A stretch of 64,000 bases of DNA from Deltaproteobacteria bacterium (GCA_016875195.1 VGRY01000006.1:27541-91540); one strand, 5' to 3'; counted from the stretch's first letter, positions 36,842-49,929 are shown. Notes: generated from the letters alone by a model not told the origin. Program-made: numbers and translations.

Positions 36842-38794
36842 CTATTTTTTTGAAGTATGGATAACGATGGAGCCTCCGCCGATCTCGGTCAGGTCGGCAT
36901 CGCTGTCACTGCCGAGAGCATTGTCATAGATCACCGTCTCATTGCCGGCGCTGTCTTCAGACCAGATCTTGATCCGGAACCTGTCGATGTTGAACGCATC
37001 TGCCTTACTAATATCAGCGTCAACCGCCGTGATCATGAATTTATACGGCCCCTGACCATTGATCGTTCCGGTCCCTTTATACTGCGCCTTGGCTCCCGCC
37101 ACCACCAGCCACTCATACATGTTGGAATGGAAATTCAGATCAGCCACCTTAAACTGAAACTCCGTGACTCCGGTGGGAACGGTTGCTCCCTTCTTGTACT
37201 TGGAGACAAAGCCAAAGGTAGCCTTTCCGGTGAGTGTCGGATTGATTGCATAGGCCCCTACTGGCGAGACAATCCATCCGCCGCCGGTGACAAAACCACC
37301 CTCTGGATCATAAACTGGCAGTAACAGACAGTCATCCGATGCTGTGATATTTTCAAACACGTCCCTACCCCTCACACATATTTCATAAACACCCGGGACG
37401 CCGAAACCTATGATGTTTGCGGTTACATTTTCAACTGGGCTGTTAAAAACTCCGTCCTGTGCAGCCATCGGTGTATAACTTCCTCCGTCAATACGGTATT
37501 CGGCGCTTTTGATCGGAGAGTTTCCGGTTTGTGAATCATCCAGGGTTGCTGTAACGGTTACAGGTGTGTTAATGGCTGCCGGGTTGGGGTTGCTTTGTAA
37601 GGAAGTGACGACAGGTCCCATCGCATCTGTAAAGGTTGCTATAACCGTGCAGTTGGTGGTTATGGCATTGGTGGTATAGGTATTGCCTGAAATCGAGCCA
37701 CCGCAGGTGCCTCCTACGGATGCCACATAGCCTGGATCAGGGGTAACCGTAAAGATGATGGTATTCCCATGATTGACGGTCTGGGGGGTATTGGGACTGA
37801 TACTGCCGTTGGGCCCGGTTGAAGGTGTTACGGTATAGGTGTTGATCGCAAAGTTGGCCGTTACGCTGATATTGGTCGTCACATTCAAATCCTGGCGCGG
37901 GTTGGCCGTTGATCCGTCACTCCAGTTCACGAAGTGATAGCCGATATGAGGCACTGCTGTAACGGCTGAGCCATTTGCGCCGTGATTTACTGTCTGAGGG
38001 CTTGTTCCGGAGATAGAGCCGTTAGCTCCTGCCGTATAGCTAAGGGTATAAGTCAATATGGATGTGACAGGAGAGATGGTTGTATTGGAGGTCAAACTGG
38101 TTATGGTGCATTGGATTGCTGTTGCAACATTACAACCAGAACCCCATAATATGACTGTCCCTGCCGGGAGCCCTGCGGTTAAGGTCACCTGAGTCCCGGT
38201 ATTGATCGGACCGGAGGTACACACCCCGCCCTGGGCACCGCCATCCCAGGTGCAGTTGATGTTGCCCGTATCGCTTGTAATCGTAACTATACCAGTAGTC
38301 GCACCGGAGGGGGCAACCATCAGGGTTATGCCTTCTTTCCAGGAGGTCTTTGCCGCACCAGAAAACGGTCCGCAATTGATCCATCCGATATTTTCTCCCC
38401 AGGCTTTGCCGCTGAACGCCCCTGTGACCGGGTTTATGATAACCCCGGCCCCTGCGGGATCGAATCTGATCCATCCCACATTCTCTCCCCAGGCATATCC
38501 GGAGAGATTGCCAATGCCGTCATTCAAGACCCCTCCGTTTGACGGGCTGAAGTTGATCCAGCCGACGTTTTCACCCCAGGCCATACCGCTCACCACTGTA
38601 TCAGTCACGGTAATGCCCGGGCCCTGGGACGGCTGAAGATTGATCCAGCCGATGTTCTCGCCATAACAGTATTGCGAGCCGTCATTGTCGGGATCTATGT
38701 TTCCGCCAGATGCCAGAGAGGAAAAGGCAAAAAACACCATGGCAATCATGATAAAACCTGCTCGTCTATATCCCATATATCCACCGCCTTTCAT
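36842..38794 (-). CDS. Large secreted repeat protein: 4x WGEN(V/I)GWI(N/R)F repeats + InlB-B-repeat-like modules + conserved beta-rich C-terminal domain
   Basis: Signal peptide. Repeats at residues 44-141. YTLSYTAGANGSISG..GYHFVNWSDGS is Listeria-Bacteroides-type. C-terminus VYDPEGGFVTGGGWI..GKATFGFVSKYKKG..FRIKIW..GGSIVIH. Confidence 0.8.
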   Translation of the reverse strand: MKGGGYMGYRRAGFIMIAMVFFAFSSLASGGNIDPDNDGSQYCYGENIGWINLQPSQGPGITVTDTVVSGMAWGENVGWINFSPSNGGVLNDGIGNLSGYAWGENVGWIRFDPAGAGVIINPVTGAFSGKAWGENIGWINCGPFSGAAKTSWKEGITLMVAPSGATTGIVTITSDTGNINCTWDGGAQGGVCTSGPINTGTQVTLTAGLPAGTVILWGSGCNVATAIQCTITSLTSNTTISPVTSILTYTLSYTAGANGSISGTSPQTVNHGANGSAVTAVPHIGYHFVNWSDGSTANPRQDLNVTTNISVTANFAINTYTVTPSTGPNGSISPNTPQTVNHGNTIIFTVTPDPGYVASVGGTCGGSISGNTYTTNAITTNCTVIATFTDAMGPVVTSLQSNPNPAAINTPVTVTATLDDSQTGNSPIKSAEYRIDGGSYTPMAAQDGVFNSPVENVTANIIGFGVPGVYEICVRGRDVFENITASDDCLLLPVYDPEGGFVTGGGWIVSPVGAYAINPTLTGKATFGFVSKYKKGATVPTGVTEFQFKVADLNFHSNMYEWLVVAGAKAQYKGTGTINGQGPYKFMITAVDADISKADAFNIDRFRIKIWSEDSAGNETVIYDNALGSDSDADLTEIGGGSIVIHTSKK

Positions 38795-38845
38795 GAATAT
38801 TCATGTTTGTTAATTGGCCTCTGCTATTCCAGCCGAATGATCAAA

Positions 38846-39421
38846 TCAATCAGCATAATCATTAGTCTGTCCACCGCGCACGCATAGAACGTGGAATGAC
38901 CAACCAATTGTCGAATAGTTTAAAATATTGCCATCGTATAAACTTACAGTCCATTTAATGTCTGGACTATAGATGGCAGTGGAAGTCCAATATCGGTCAA
39001 ATACCATAGAAAAGGGGTGATCGTTAGGAAGAGCCGGATTATTATTTAGTGGTTCTATAAGGCTCGCTAATTGTTGAACTGTTGGGAGGTGCCACCCTTT
39101 CCGGCCCCCCTTATTAAGAATAATGCAACGGATATTAGCCTCATTCCAAGTCATAGTTGATGTTATCGGATACCTCTCCCACACGAGCCCAGTTTCTTTG
39201 TCCAGTACTGCAGTACCAGCAAAAGTTTCCACAAAACGTCCCTGATTGATCTTCTGGCTCCAAGTCGGCGGGATTTGATCCAGCGTCTTCATGGTTGGGG
39301 CAGGCGCCCCCGGCGGGGGATTAAGATCTCCGGCGTTCAGCATCACCGGCAGAAACAGAGTGACAGTCAGAACCGCAATAAGTTTTCCTGCTAAAATCGA
39401 TCTTCTCTTCTTACTCATCAT
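38846..39421 (-). CDS. Secreted DUF1566 domain protein, paralog B
   Basis: MMSKKRRSILAGKLIAV.. starts at ATG 39421 with SD aaaggaggaaagg. DKETGLVWER, GGRKGWHLPTVQQLASL, YWTSTA, VLCVRGG. Confidence 0.8.
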   Translation of the reverse strand: MMSKKRRSILAGKLIAVLTVTLFLPVMLNAGDLNPPPGAPAPTMKTLDQIPPTWSQKINQGRFVETFAGTAVLDKETGLVWERYPITSTMTWNEANIRCIILNKGGRKGWHLPTVQQLASLIEPLNNNPALPNDHPFSMVFDRYWTSTAIYSPDIKWTVSLYDGNILNYSTIGWSFHVLCVRGGQTNDYAD

Positions 39422-39572
39422 CCTTTCCTCCTTTGTGATTTGCTCGCAGCCCAATGTTTTACTTAGCTTGGTTACGGCTTAATGGTTTTTTATTAGTCAA
39501 TTCGGAATCTCGTTTGTGTTTTTTCAACTTACCTCATCCTTTGTTTTAAGATCCATTTCCCTCTTGGTTTTT

Positions 39573-39899
39573 TTACAAAGTTAATAAGTCTTCGGCCAGG
39601 TAAGCTGCTTCAACCTTCGATAGATTCTTATAGAATCTTATCTCATGGGGCTTCTTGAGAAGGATCATCGCCCCGAGCAACACCTTAAACACATCTGATT
39701 GGAGGTGTTTGGAAATAGCCTCGACGGTTTCCCACTCTTCTAAAAGAAAGAACTCATTTTCATCTTCGACACTCTGGTAAAAGTCACAGCAACGGCAGCC
39801 CGTCTCTTTTCTGATTGAACCCATCAGGGAGGTAATCGATTGTAAGAGCTCCAGCCGTTTCTCCGGAATCACATTCATCCGAATCGTAAGTGACGTCAT
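39573..39899 (-). CDS. Antibiotic-biosynthesis-monooxygenase (ABM) fold protein
   Basis: MTSLTIRMNVIPEKRLELLQ..FYQSVEDENEFFLLEEWETVEAISKHLQSDVF. The 5' extension in the ORF track contains the sigma54 promoter. Confidence 0.7.
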   Translation of the reverse strand: MTSLTIRMNVIPEKRLELLQSITSLMGSIRKETGCRCCDFYQSVEDENEFFLLEEWETVEAISKHLQSDVFKVLLGAMILLKKPHEIRFYKNLSKVEAAYLAEDLLTL

Positions 39900-39910
39900 A
39901 GACGGCCTTA

Positions 39911-39926
39911 AGCAAAAGAGTTGCCA
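39911..39926 (-). promoter_or_regulatory. sigma54 promoter TGGCAA-N5-TTGCT
   Basis: Minus strand tggcaactcttttgct with canonical GG-N10-GC spacing. TTGCT is followed by 11 nt, then ATG 39899. Confidence 0.7.
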
Positions 39927-40085
39927 AGAATAGGGAGAATATAAAAGTTTCGAATAATGGCTTAAAATACAAAAGGGTAGAGATGAAGGGGAAAGTGGAT
40001 GAAGGGCGTAAGATTGTGGCCTGGCTCTCAATATTTGGTGAAGTCTCAACATATTGAGATTTGTGTTGCGAGAAAGGAGGATCGT

Positions 40086-42266
40086 TTACTCTGGAAGCTT
40101 CACTTCAGGACGGCATATTCTGAGTTTCTGCATCCTTGCTCTCAGGGTGCTTGGGTGGAGGTCCAGAATTTCCGCGGCTCCCTTTAGCCCATTGATGCGC
40201 CACCGGGTTTCAGAAAGAGTCTTAAGAATCTGGTCTCGTTCCGTCTCCGCAAGGGTCCTCAGCGTGGATGGTAATAGGGGAGAGGTATTTTCCAGTTTAT
40301 CCGATAGCTTTAATAGCGGCCCGGAGGACAGGATCACAGCCCGCTCGATGACATTCTCAAGTTCCCGGATGTTTCCGGGCCACGAGTAATCCTGGAGTGC
40401 CTTCATCGTTTCCTTCTGAATTGATGTGATCTGTTTGCCCAGTCCTTTGGAAAGTCTCTCGATGAAGGTCTGAACCAGCAGCGGGATGTCCTCTTTCCGC
40501 TGCCTGAGCGGGGGCACCGTAATGGGAAAGGTGTTGAGCCGATAGTACAGGTCTTGTCGAAAACGACCCTTTCGAACCTCTTCTTCAAGGTTTCGATTGG
40601 TCGTTGCTATAATTCGCACGTCCACTCTGACCGTATGGGAGGAACCCAGACGTTCAAACGCATTGTGCTGGATCACCCGGAGCAACTTGGCCTGGACTTC
40701 CAGTGGTAATTCTCCTATCTCGTCGAGGCAAAGGGTCGAACCATTGGCCACCTCGAACCGCCCCACCTGCCGGGTATCAGCTCCGGTAAATGCCCCCTTC
40801 TCCCGGCCGAACAGCTCGCTTTCAATTAAATTGGCCGGCAGGGCTGCGCAGTTTACGGTGACCAGCGGCCGGTCCTTACGAGGGCTCATCTGATGGATGG
40901 CGGAAGCGATCAACTCCTTTCCCGTACCGGTCTCGCCGAGGATGAGGACCGTCGTGTTCGTCGGAGCGACCTGCTCCGCCCGATGAAGGACGTATTTGAA
41001 GGCATTGCTTTGACCGATGATATGGCCGAACTGGTATTTCAACTTAACTTCTTGCCGGAAGTAAAGATTCTCAGTCTCCAGTTGGTCTTTTAATGTCTTG
41101 ATCTCAGAAAGAGCATTGCGCAGGGATTCCTCCACGCTCTTATGTTCGGTGATGTCGTGGAGAATCTCCATCTTCATAACATCCCCGCGTTCGTTGAGGA
41201 TCGGCGTGCTAAAAGCATCATAGGTCTTGCCGGTTTGTGGCGAATCCCATTCCCACTGGACAGACTTTCCGGCAAATACCTCTTGAATCTTGCACCAGGT
41301 ACAGGGTGTCGGGAGATCATGAAAATAGGCATGGCACTTGCGTCCATTGACCGGGCCATGTTCCTTTTCGATGACGGGGTTAATGTACTGTATGTCACGA
41401 TTTTGATTGGTGATATAGACGCCGTCATTCAGGGATTCCAGGATGCCCTTCAGTTTATTACGTTCCAGTTGCAGGATCTTTTCGGTCTGCCTGCTTCGCT
41501 CGATCTCCTTCTTCAGTTGCTCGTTGGCTCTCTGGAGTTCGACAGTGCGCTCATGGCCCCGCTGCTCCAGGTATTCGAGCAAAGATTCCCGTTCCTCTTC
41601 CATCCTCTTGTTGGTGAGGATGATCGCCATGATTTTACCGAATCCGGAAGCCATGTGTGCGTCGTCTTCGGTGAATCCCCCTGGTTTGTTTGCAAAGCCA
41701 AGCAAACCTATCCCCTCCCCATTGACAATCATTGGAGCAAACAGAACATTAAAAAGCGGCAAAGGTCCTTCCGGCATCAATCTCATACGACCGCCATTCG
41801 AGAAATCATTCTGAAAAACGGCCCGCCTCGTATGGAACACCGTGTCACACAACACCCGAATAGGCATGGCAAGGTTGCAATCGACCGGGTAAGGCAATCC
41901 CTCCGAGTCCAGAAAAAAGACTCCATTTTCTGTGCCCTTCTTATTCAAAAGAGCAACGTATCCTATTTTGGCTCCAAGCAGGTTCTTGCAAGAATCGAAT
42001 AGGGTTTGGGTTGCCTCTTTAAAATCGTTTTGCACCAAGACAGCCTTCGCCCTGCTCATCAACCCCGATATCTCCTCTTGAGACCTCTGAGATTGTCCAA
42101 GAGTCTTAGTAAGAGTTTGCTCTGCTCTGATACGCTGGGCAGCTCTCCCGAGCTGAATGGCATACGCTTTTATCACGTGTGGCTGCCTCTCTAGAAAGGG
42201 ACTCTCATTGTCTATTGCCTTTTCGCCCATATCATCAACCTCAATCGACTTACAATGATTCAGCAA
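40086..42266 (-). CDS. sigma54-dependent transcriptional activator (GAF + PAS + AAA+ + Fis HTH)
   Basis: GETGTGKE Walker A, GAFTGA sigma54-contact loop, C-terminal [22 protein letters not shown]. Confidence 0.9.
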   Translation of the reverse strand: MLNHCKSIEVDDMGEKAIDNESPFLERQPHVIKAYAIQLGRAAQRIRAEQTLTKTLGQSQRSQEEISGLMSRAKAVLVQNDFKEATQTLFDSCKNLLGAKIGYVALLNKKGTENGVFFLDSEGLPYPVDCNLAMPIRVLCDTVFHTRRAVFQNDFSNGGRMRLMPEGPLPLFNVLFAPMIVNGEGIGLLGFANKPGGFTEDDAHMASGFGKIMAIILTNKRMEEERESLLEYLEQRGHERTVELQRANEQLKKEIERSRQTEKILQLERNKLKGILESLNDGVYITNQNRDIQYINPVIEKEHGPVNGRKCHAYFHDLPTPCTWCKIQEVFAGKSVQWEWDSPQTGKTYDAFSTPILNERGDVMKMEILHDITEHKSVEESLRNALSEIKTLKDQLETENLYFRQEVKLKYQFGHIIGQSNAFKYVLHRAEQVAPTNTTVLILGETGTGKELIASAIHQMSPRKDRPLVTVNCAALPANLIESELFGREKGAFTGADTRQVGRFEVANGSTLCLDEIGELPLEVQAKLLRVIQHNAFERLGSSHTVRVDVRIIATTNRNLEEEVRKGRFRQDLYYRLNTFPITVPPLRQRKEDIPLLVQTFIERLSKGLGKQITSIQKETMKALQDYSWPGNIRELENVIERAVILSSGPLLKLSDKLENTSPLLPSTLRTLAETERDQILKTLSETRWRINGLKGAAEILDLHPSTLRARMQKLRICRPEVKLPE

Positions 42267-42271
42267 GGATG

Positions 42272-43054
42272 CTACTTGCGTCCATGAAAAGAGATCCCTT
42301 GAGTACCAAAATCGAGTGCACTCGATGGGTCAGGCACTCCCACAAACAGATCAGGGTACTTGTGGACAATCTTGACTTCTGAAAAACCAGCAGACTTCAC
42401 GGCGCTGATCAGCTCTGCTTCCAGCAGAGCGCCCGCAATTCAGCCCGTCCATAACGAGATGTCCTCCATCGCATCAGCAGGCACAGGGCGCTCGACGAGA
42501 ATATCGCCTATTTGCAATCGACCGCCTGGCTTGAGGATGCGAAACCACTCGCGAAGCATCGCGATTTTATCAACGGCAAGGTTTAGGACGCCGTTGCTGA
42601 TCACCACGTCTGCAAAGTGGTCTGGCAGGGGCAGAGATTCGATCAATCCCTCTCGGAACTCGACATTGGTCGCACCCATCGCCTTCGCGCCGGCGCGTGC
42701 TTTCTTCAGCATCTCTGGAGTCATGTCAAACCCGATGACCCGACCGGAGGGGCCAACCAAACGAGAGGCGATGAGGGAATCGAAGCCTGCACCGGAGCCA
42801 GCATCCACGACCGTCTCGCCCGGATGGATGGGACCGACAGAGAAGGGGTTGCCTGTACCGGCGAAAGAAGCAATGTTACTTTCAGGGAGGCCGGCAAACA
42901 GGCTCTCATCATACCCCAATATCTTCGCGGCACGGCGTCCAGTATGGAAATGGTAACCCTTGTCAGGGGTGAGGGCGACATGAGTGTATTCTTTGCTGAT
43001 CTCCTGTCGTAGCTCATGAAGTGAAATTCTGGGAAGGGCTTGCTGTGTGGTCAT
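42272..43054 (-). CDS. ArsM-like SAM-dependent methyltransferase with in-frame TGA (candidate selenocysteine) at 42442-42440
   Basis: [14 protein letters not shown] motif. The ORF track stops at ..ISLWTG-TGA, but the same frame continues [29 protein letters not shown].. for 55 sense codons to TAG 42274-42272. This continues the ArsM-like WxGC(I/V)xGAL..AGF pattern. Confidence 0.6.
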
Positions 43055-43078
43055 TGATTTCCTCCTTTCTTTAAGTTG

Positions 43079-43533
43079 TTATTGGGACCTTAGGCTGGCG
43101 TATTGATTGTTTTCTTCAAGCCGTGCGAGGCGCTCGATAATGGCGTTGTTGAGCAACTCAAACCACTCGACCCATTGAGGTTGACCATATTCAATCCGCA
43201 GTCCGATCCAAATCGATTCAACCTTTTTCCAGGAAGTGATGATTGGACCAGAGAGAAGGTCGTCAAGAAGATCGAGAGGGGCGAGTCGGCGCTTATAGAG
43301 GAGGCCCATGTTCTCGAAGAATACGCTTACGACCATGAGAGAGATGTGGTCATCTTCGGTAGCCGCCATCTTGAAGTCCTCATAGGCGTCATATTTCCAT
43401 GTGGTGACATGACGGTATCAATCTGGCGGAGGCGGTTCTGGTTGCGTAGCTGAAGAAGAGCGATGACGACGCCGACAATAATAGCGAGTGGAGCGGCGAT
43501 GGTAAGAGCCTTTTGAATAACCTCGAATGACAC
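43079..43533 (-). pseudogene. Membrane-anchored hypothetical protein split by an apparent frameshift near 43410
   Basis: ORF 43327-43533 (TM helix, LQLRNQNRLRQID) and ORF 43079-43369 overlap in different frames. The second frame is already open from 43416 (YRHVTTWKYDAYEDFKMAATEDD..). Confidence 0.45.
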
Positions 43534-43880
43534 GTTTCACCTCGCCATAGAAGGATTAAGAAACTCAAAGCACCCATGAAAGGTGCGTTAAGAATTAATA
43601 TGATTCTTAGTTTTTGACCATGTAGCCCCCCTAATTTAAAAATGGTCCCTCACAAAAAATACTTCCTTTCTATCATGAAAGCATATCCATGTGAGATTTT
43701 CTTTGACTTAAGTCAAAAAAAAACCGCAGGCTCGTCTGTTTGATTTTCAACAGACTGCCTAAACTTCAACAAAGAATTCCTTAAGACATGATTGCAACGT
43801 AACAACATTCCAGGATCTCTTTTCCGGTAACTATCCAATATTTTTTGTTAAATCAGCTTTTACCCTTTCCCATCAAGGTC

Positions 43881-43896
43881 TGGCACAAGGATTGCT
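43881..43896 (+). promoter_or_regulatory. sigma54 promoter TGGCAC-N5-TTGCT
   Basis: tggcacaaggattgct is a perfect consensus. 11 nt (ctctatactgc, no SD) lie between it and ATG 43908. Confidence 0.75.
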
Positions 43897-43907
43897 CTCT
43901 ATACTGC

Positions 43908-44594
43908 ATGAATGTTTTAATCATCAAACATGCGGAGATTGAAGGACCTGGATTGATTGGAGACCTTCTTGTGCAGGGGAAAATCCCCTATCAGATGATC
44001 GAACTCTATCTCAACACTCCCCTTCCCAAGCCTGAGGGTTTTTCACATATCGTCATCCTGGGAGGGCCGATGAATGTCTATGAGGAAGACCAATATCCTT
44101 TCCTTAGAAACGAAGACATTTTTATTAAAGAAGCGATTCAAAGGGGGAGAGCTATCCTGGGAATATGTCTGGGAGCCCAGTTGATCGCCAAAGCCTTGGG
44201 TGCAAAAGTTTTTAAAGCCCCTGTGAAAGAGATCGGATGGTATGAGGTCTCGTTGACCAGGGTAGGTTCTCAGGACCCTCTCTTCTCCAATCTTCCCAAA
44301 AAATTTCCTGTGTTCCAGTGGCATGAGGATACTTTTGAAATTCCAAGAGGAGGTCAATTGATCGCTACATCCAGCCCCGTGTCTCACCAAGCCTTCCGGT
44401 ATGGAGAGGCTGCTTACGGCCTTCAGTTTCATCTCGAAGTGACCAAAGAGATGATCCGTGACTGGTTGGAAGCTGATGAGGATGGGGATAAAAAACCCCA
44501 GATTTTAATTCAAACAGAGAGGAAGATCGAAAGCTATAAGCAAAGGGGAATGAACTTTTTTAGAACTTTTTTTGAGGCTCATGGACCCATTTAA
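43908..44594 (+). CDS. Class I glutamine amidotransferase (stand-alone GATase1, GuaA-N-like)
   Basis: MNVLIIKHAEIEGPG..ILGICLGAQL (nucleophile Cys)..FQWHED..LQFHLE. Confidence 0.85.
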   Translation: MNVLIIKHAEIEGPGLIGDLLVQGKIPYQMIELYLNTPLPKPEGFSHIVILGGPMNVYEEDQYPFLRNEDIFIKEAIQRGRAILGICLGAQLIAKALGAKVFKAPVKEIGWYEVSLTRVGSQDPLFSNLPKKFPVFQWHEDTFEIPRGGQLIATSSPVSHQAFRYGEAAYGLQFHLEVTKEMIRDWLEADEDGDKKPQILIQTERKIESYKQRGMNFFRTFFEAHGPI

Positions 44595-44625
44595 GACTTG
44601 AAACAGATTCTGCAGGAGGGATGCA

Positions 44626-48879
<4,254 letters not shown>

Positions 48880-48898
48880 GAGGTGCGCATCTAGTACA

Positions 48899-49087
48899 TT
48901 AGGCCACTTTTTTCTTCTTAAAAACCACAAGAGGTTTTGGCTGGCGACAAACAATTTGTTCCGAAAAGGGTTTCTGCATTTTTTTCAGGTGTTGGTAAAA
49001 TAATTCAGGATCTCGCTTAGCCTCGTTCTCAATCTGTTTTCGTATTCGACGCACTTCCTTTACGATTGGATCAGTCTTCATCTTCAA
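48899..49087 (-). CDS. Small basic hypothetical protein, overlaps the upstream PIN-like gene by 17 nt
   Basis: 62-aa ORF; no family recognised. Confidence 0.4.
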   Translation of the reverse strand: MKMKTDPIVKEVRRIRKQIENEAKRDPELFYQHLKKMQKPFSEQIVCRQPKPLVVFKKKKVA

Positions 49088-49574
49088 CCTCCATAAGTTC
49101 CTCGGGAGTACATACGATGGGTGTGCTAATCCCTTGAACTGTATTTATAGTCTGGACAACCGTCCGAACCCGAGGGTTGAGGATATGACCAAAATTCCAC
49201 GTTACTAAGAAGTCCATGCCGTGAAAAGCTGCCAGGGCAAAGTGATAGGTATCCCCTCTGGCTTTTTCAGGGATCTGTATAGCTCCAAAATAGGTGTCAG
49301 CCAATCGCCGCACCCCATTCGTAATTTCCAGTATCGGGAACTTAGCTATCTTCTCGATGCGCAATCTCGCCGCAGCTTCATCCCCTCGTGATATTTCTTC
49401 GATCACAAGAGATGAAATGAATGGTTCAAATAGTGGTAACCAATTCTCCCACCATTCTGTTGTTACCTGTTGGTGTGCAGCCACAAGCAGATCTCGACTC
49501 GGCCTTGAGGTTAAATAGCTTAACACAGTTGTCTCAATATAAACAGTTTGCTTGGGTATATTCTTCCTTTTCAT
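49071..49574 (-). CDS. PIN-like nuclease domain protein (VapC-like)
   Basis: VYIETTVLSYL..DTYHFALAAFHGMDFLVTWNFGHI resembles the PIN acidic-residue pattern. Confidence 0.45.
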   Translation of the reverse strand: MKRKNIPKQTVYIETTVLSYLTSRPSRDLLVAAHQQVTTEWWENWLPLFEPFISSLVIEEISRGDEAAARLRIEKIAKFPILEITNGVRRLADTYFGAIQIPEKARGDTYHFALAAFHGMDFLVTWNFGHILNPRVRTVVQTINTVQGISTPIVCTPEELMEVEDED

Positions 49575-49893
49575 TTGCTTATTGGCTTTATGCTTCTGTC
49601 AGTTGTACCCATCAACGCATTGTAATATACACCATTTAAAAAATATTTTGAAGTAAATATTTCAGAAAGAAATTTACAGATCCGAATTTCCATTAGATAG
49701 TAGAAATTTATAAGCAGATTACCCTCTCAACGGCTGAGTCAGGTTTCTTCTTTAGGTTCGTAGACGTCCAACGTTAAATCATTAGGGTTATTTTTTTAGA
49801 TAATCAATACCAAAATGGAATTTCCAAAAGATTCCCTGTTTATAACAAATGGATTTATCCAATCCTCCGAAATTCTTTTCCGAAATTCTTTTC

Positions 49894-49922
49894 TTGACTT
49901 AAATAGGAATCTATATTAGAAA
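49894..49922 (+). promoter_or_regulatory. sigma70-type promoter TTGACT-N17-TAGAAA
   Basis: TTGACT 49894-49899 and TAGAAA 49917-49922. The predicted TSS at ~49929 abuts P1. Preceded by a perfect 13-nt tandem duplication at 49867-49892. Confidence 0.5.
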
Positions 49923-49929
49923 TATTAAA

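Noticed and set aside
43079-43533. Selenocysteine read-through as explanation for the split gene
   Set aside because: The two ORFs are in different reading frames, so a recoded UGA cannot join them.
43570-43586. GCACC-N7-GGTGC palindrome as an NtrC-type enhancer site
   Set aside because: The spacer is 2 nt longer than the TGCACC-N5-GGTGCA consensus. It lies >300 nt from the sigma54 promoter and next to the start of a minus-strand gene. It may just be a small hairpin.
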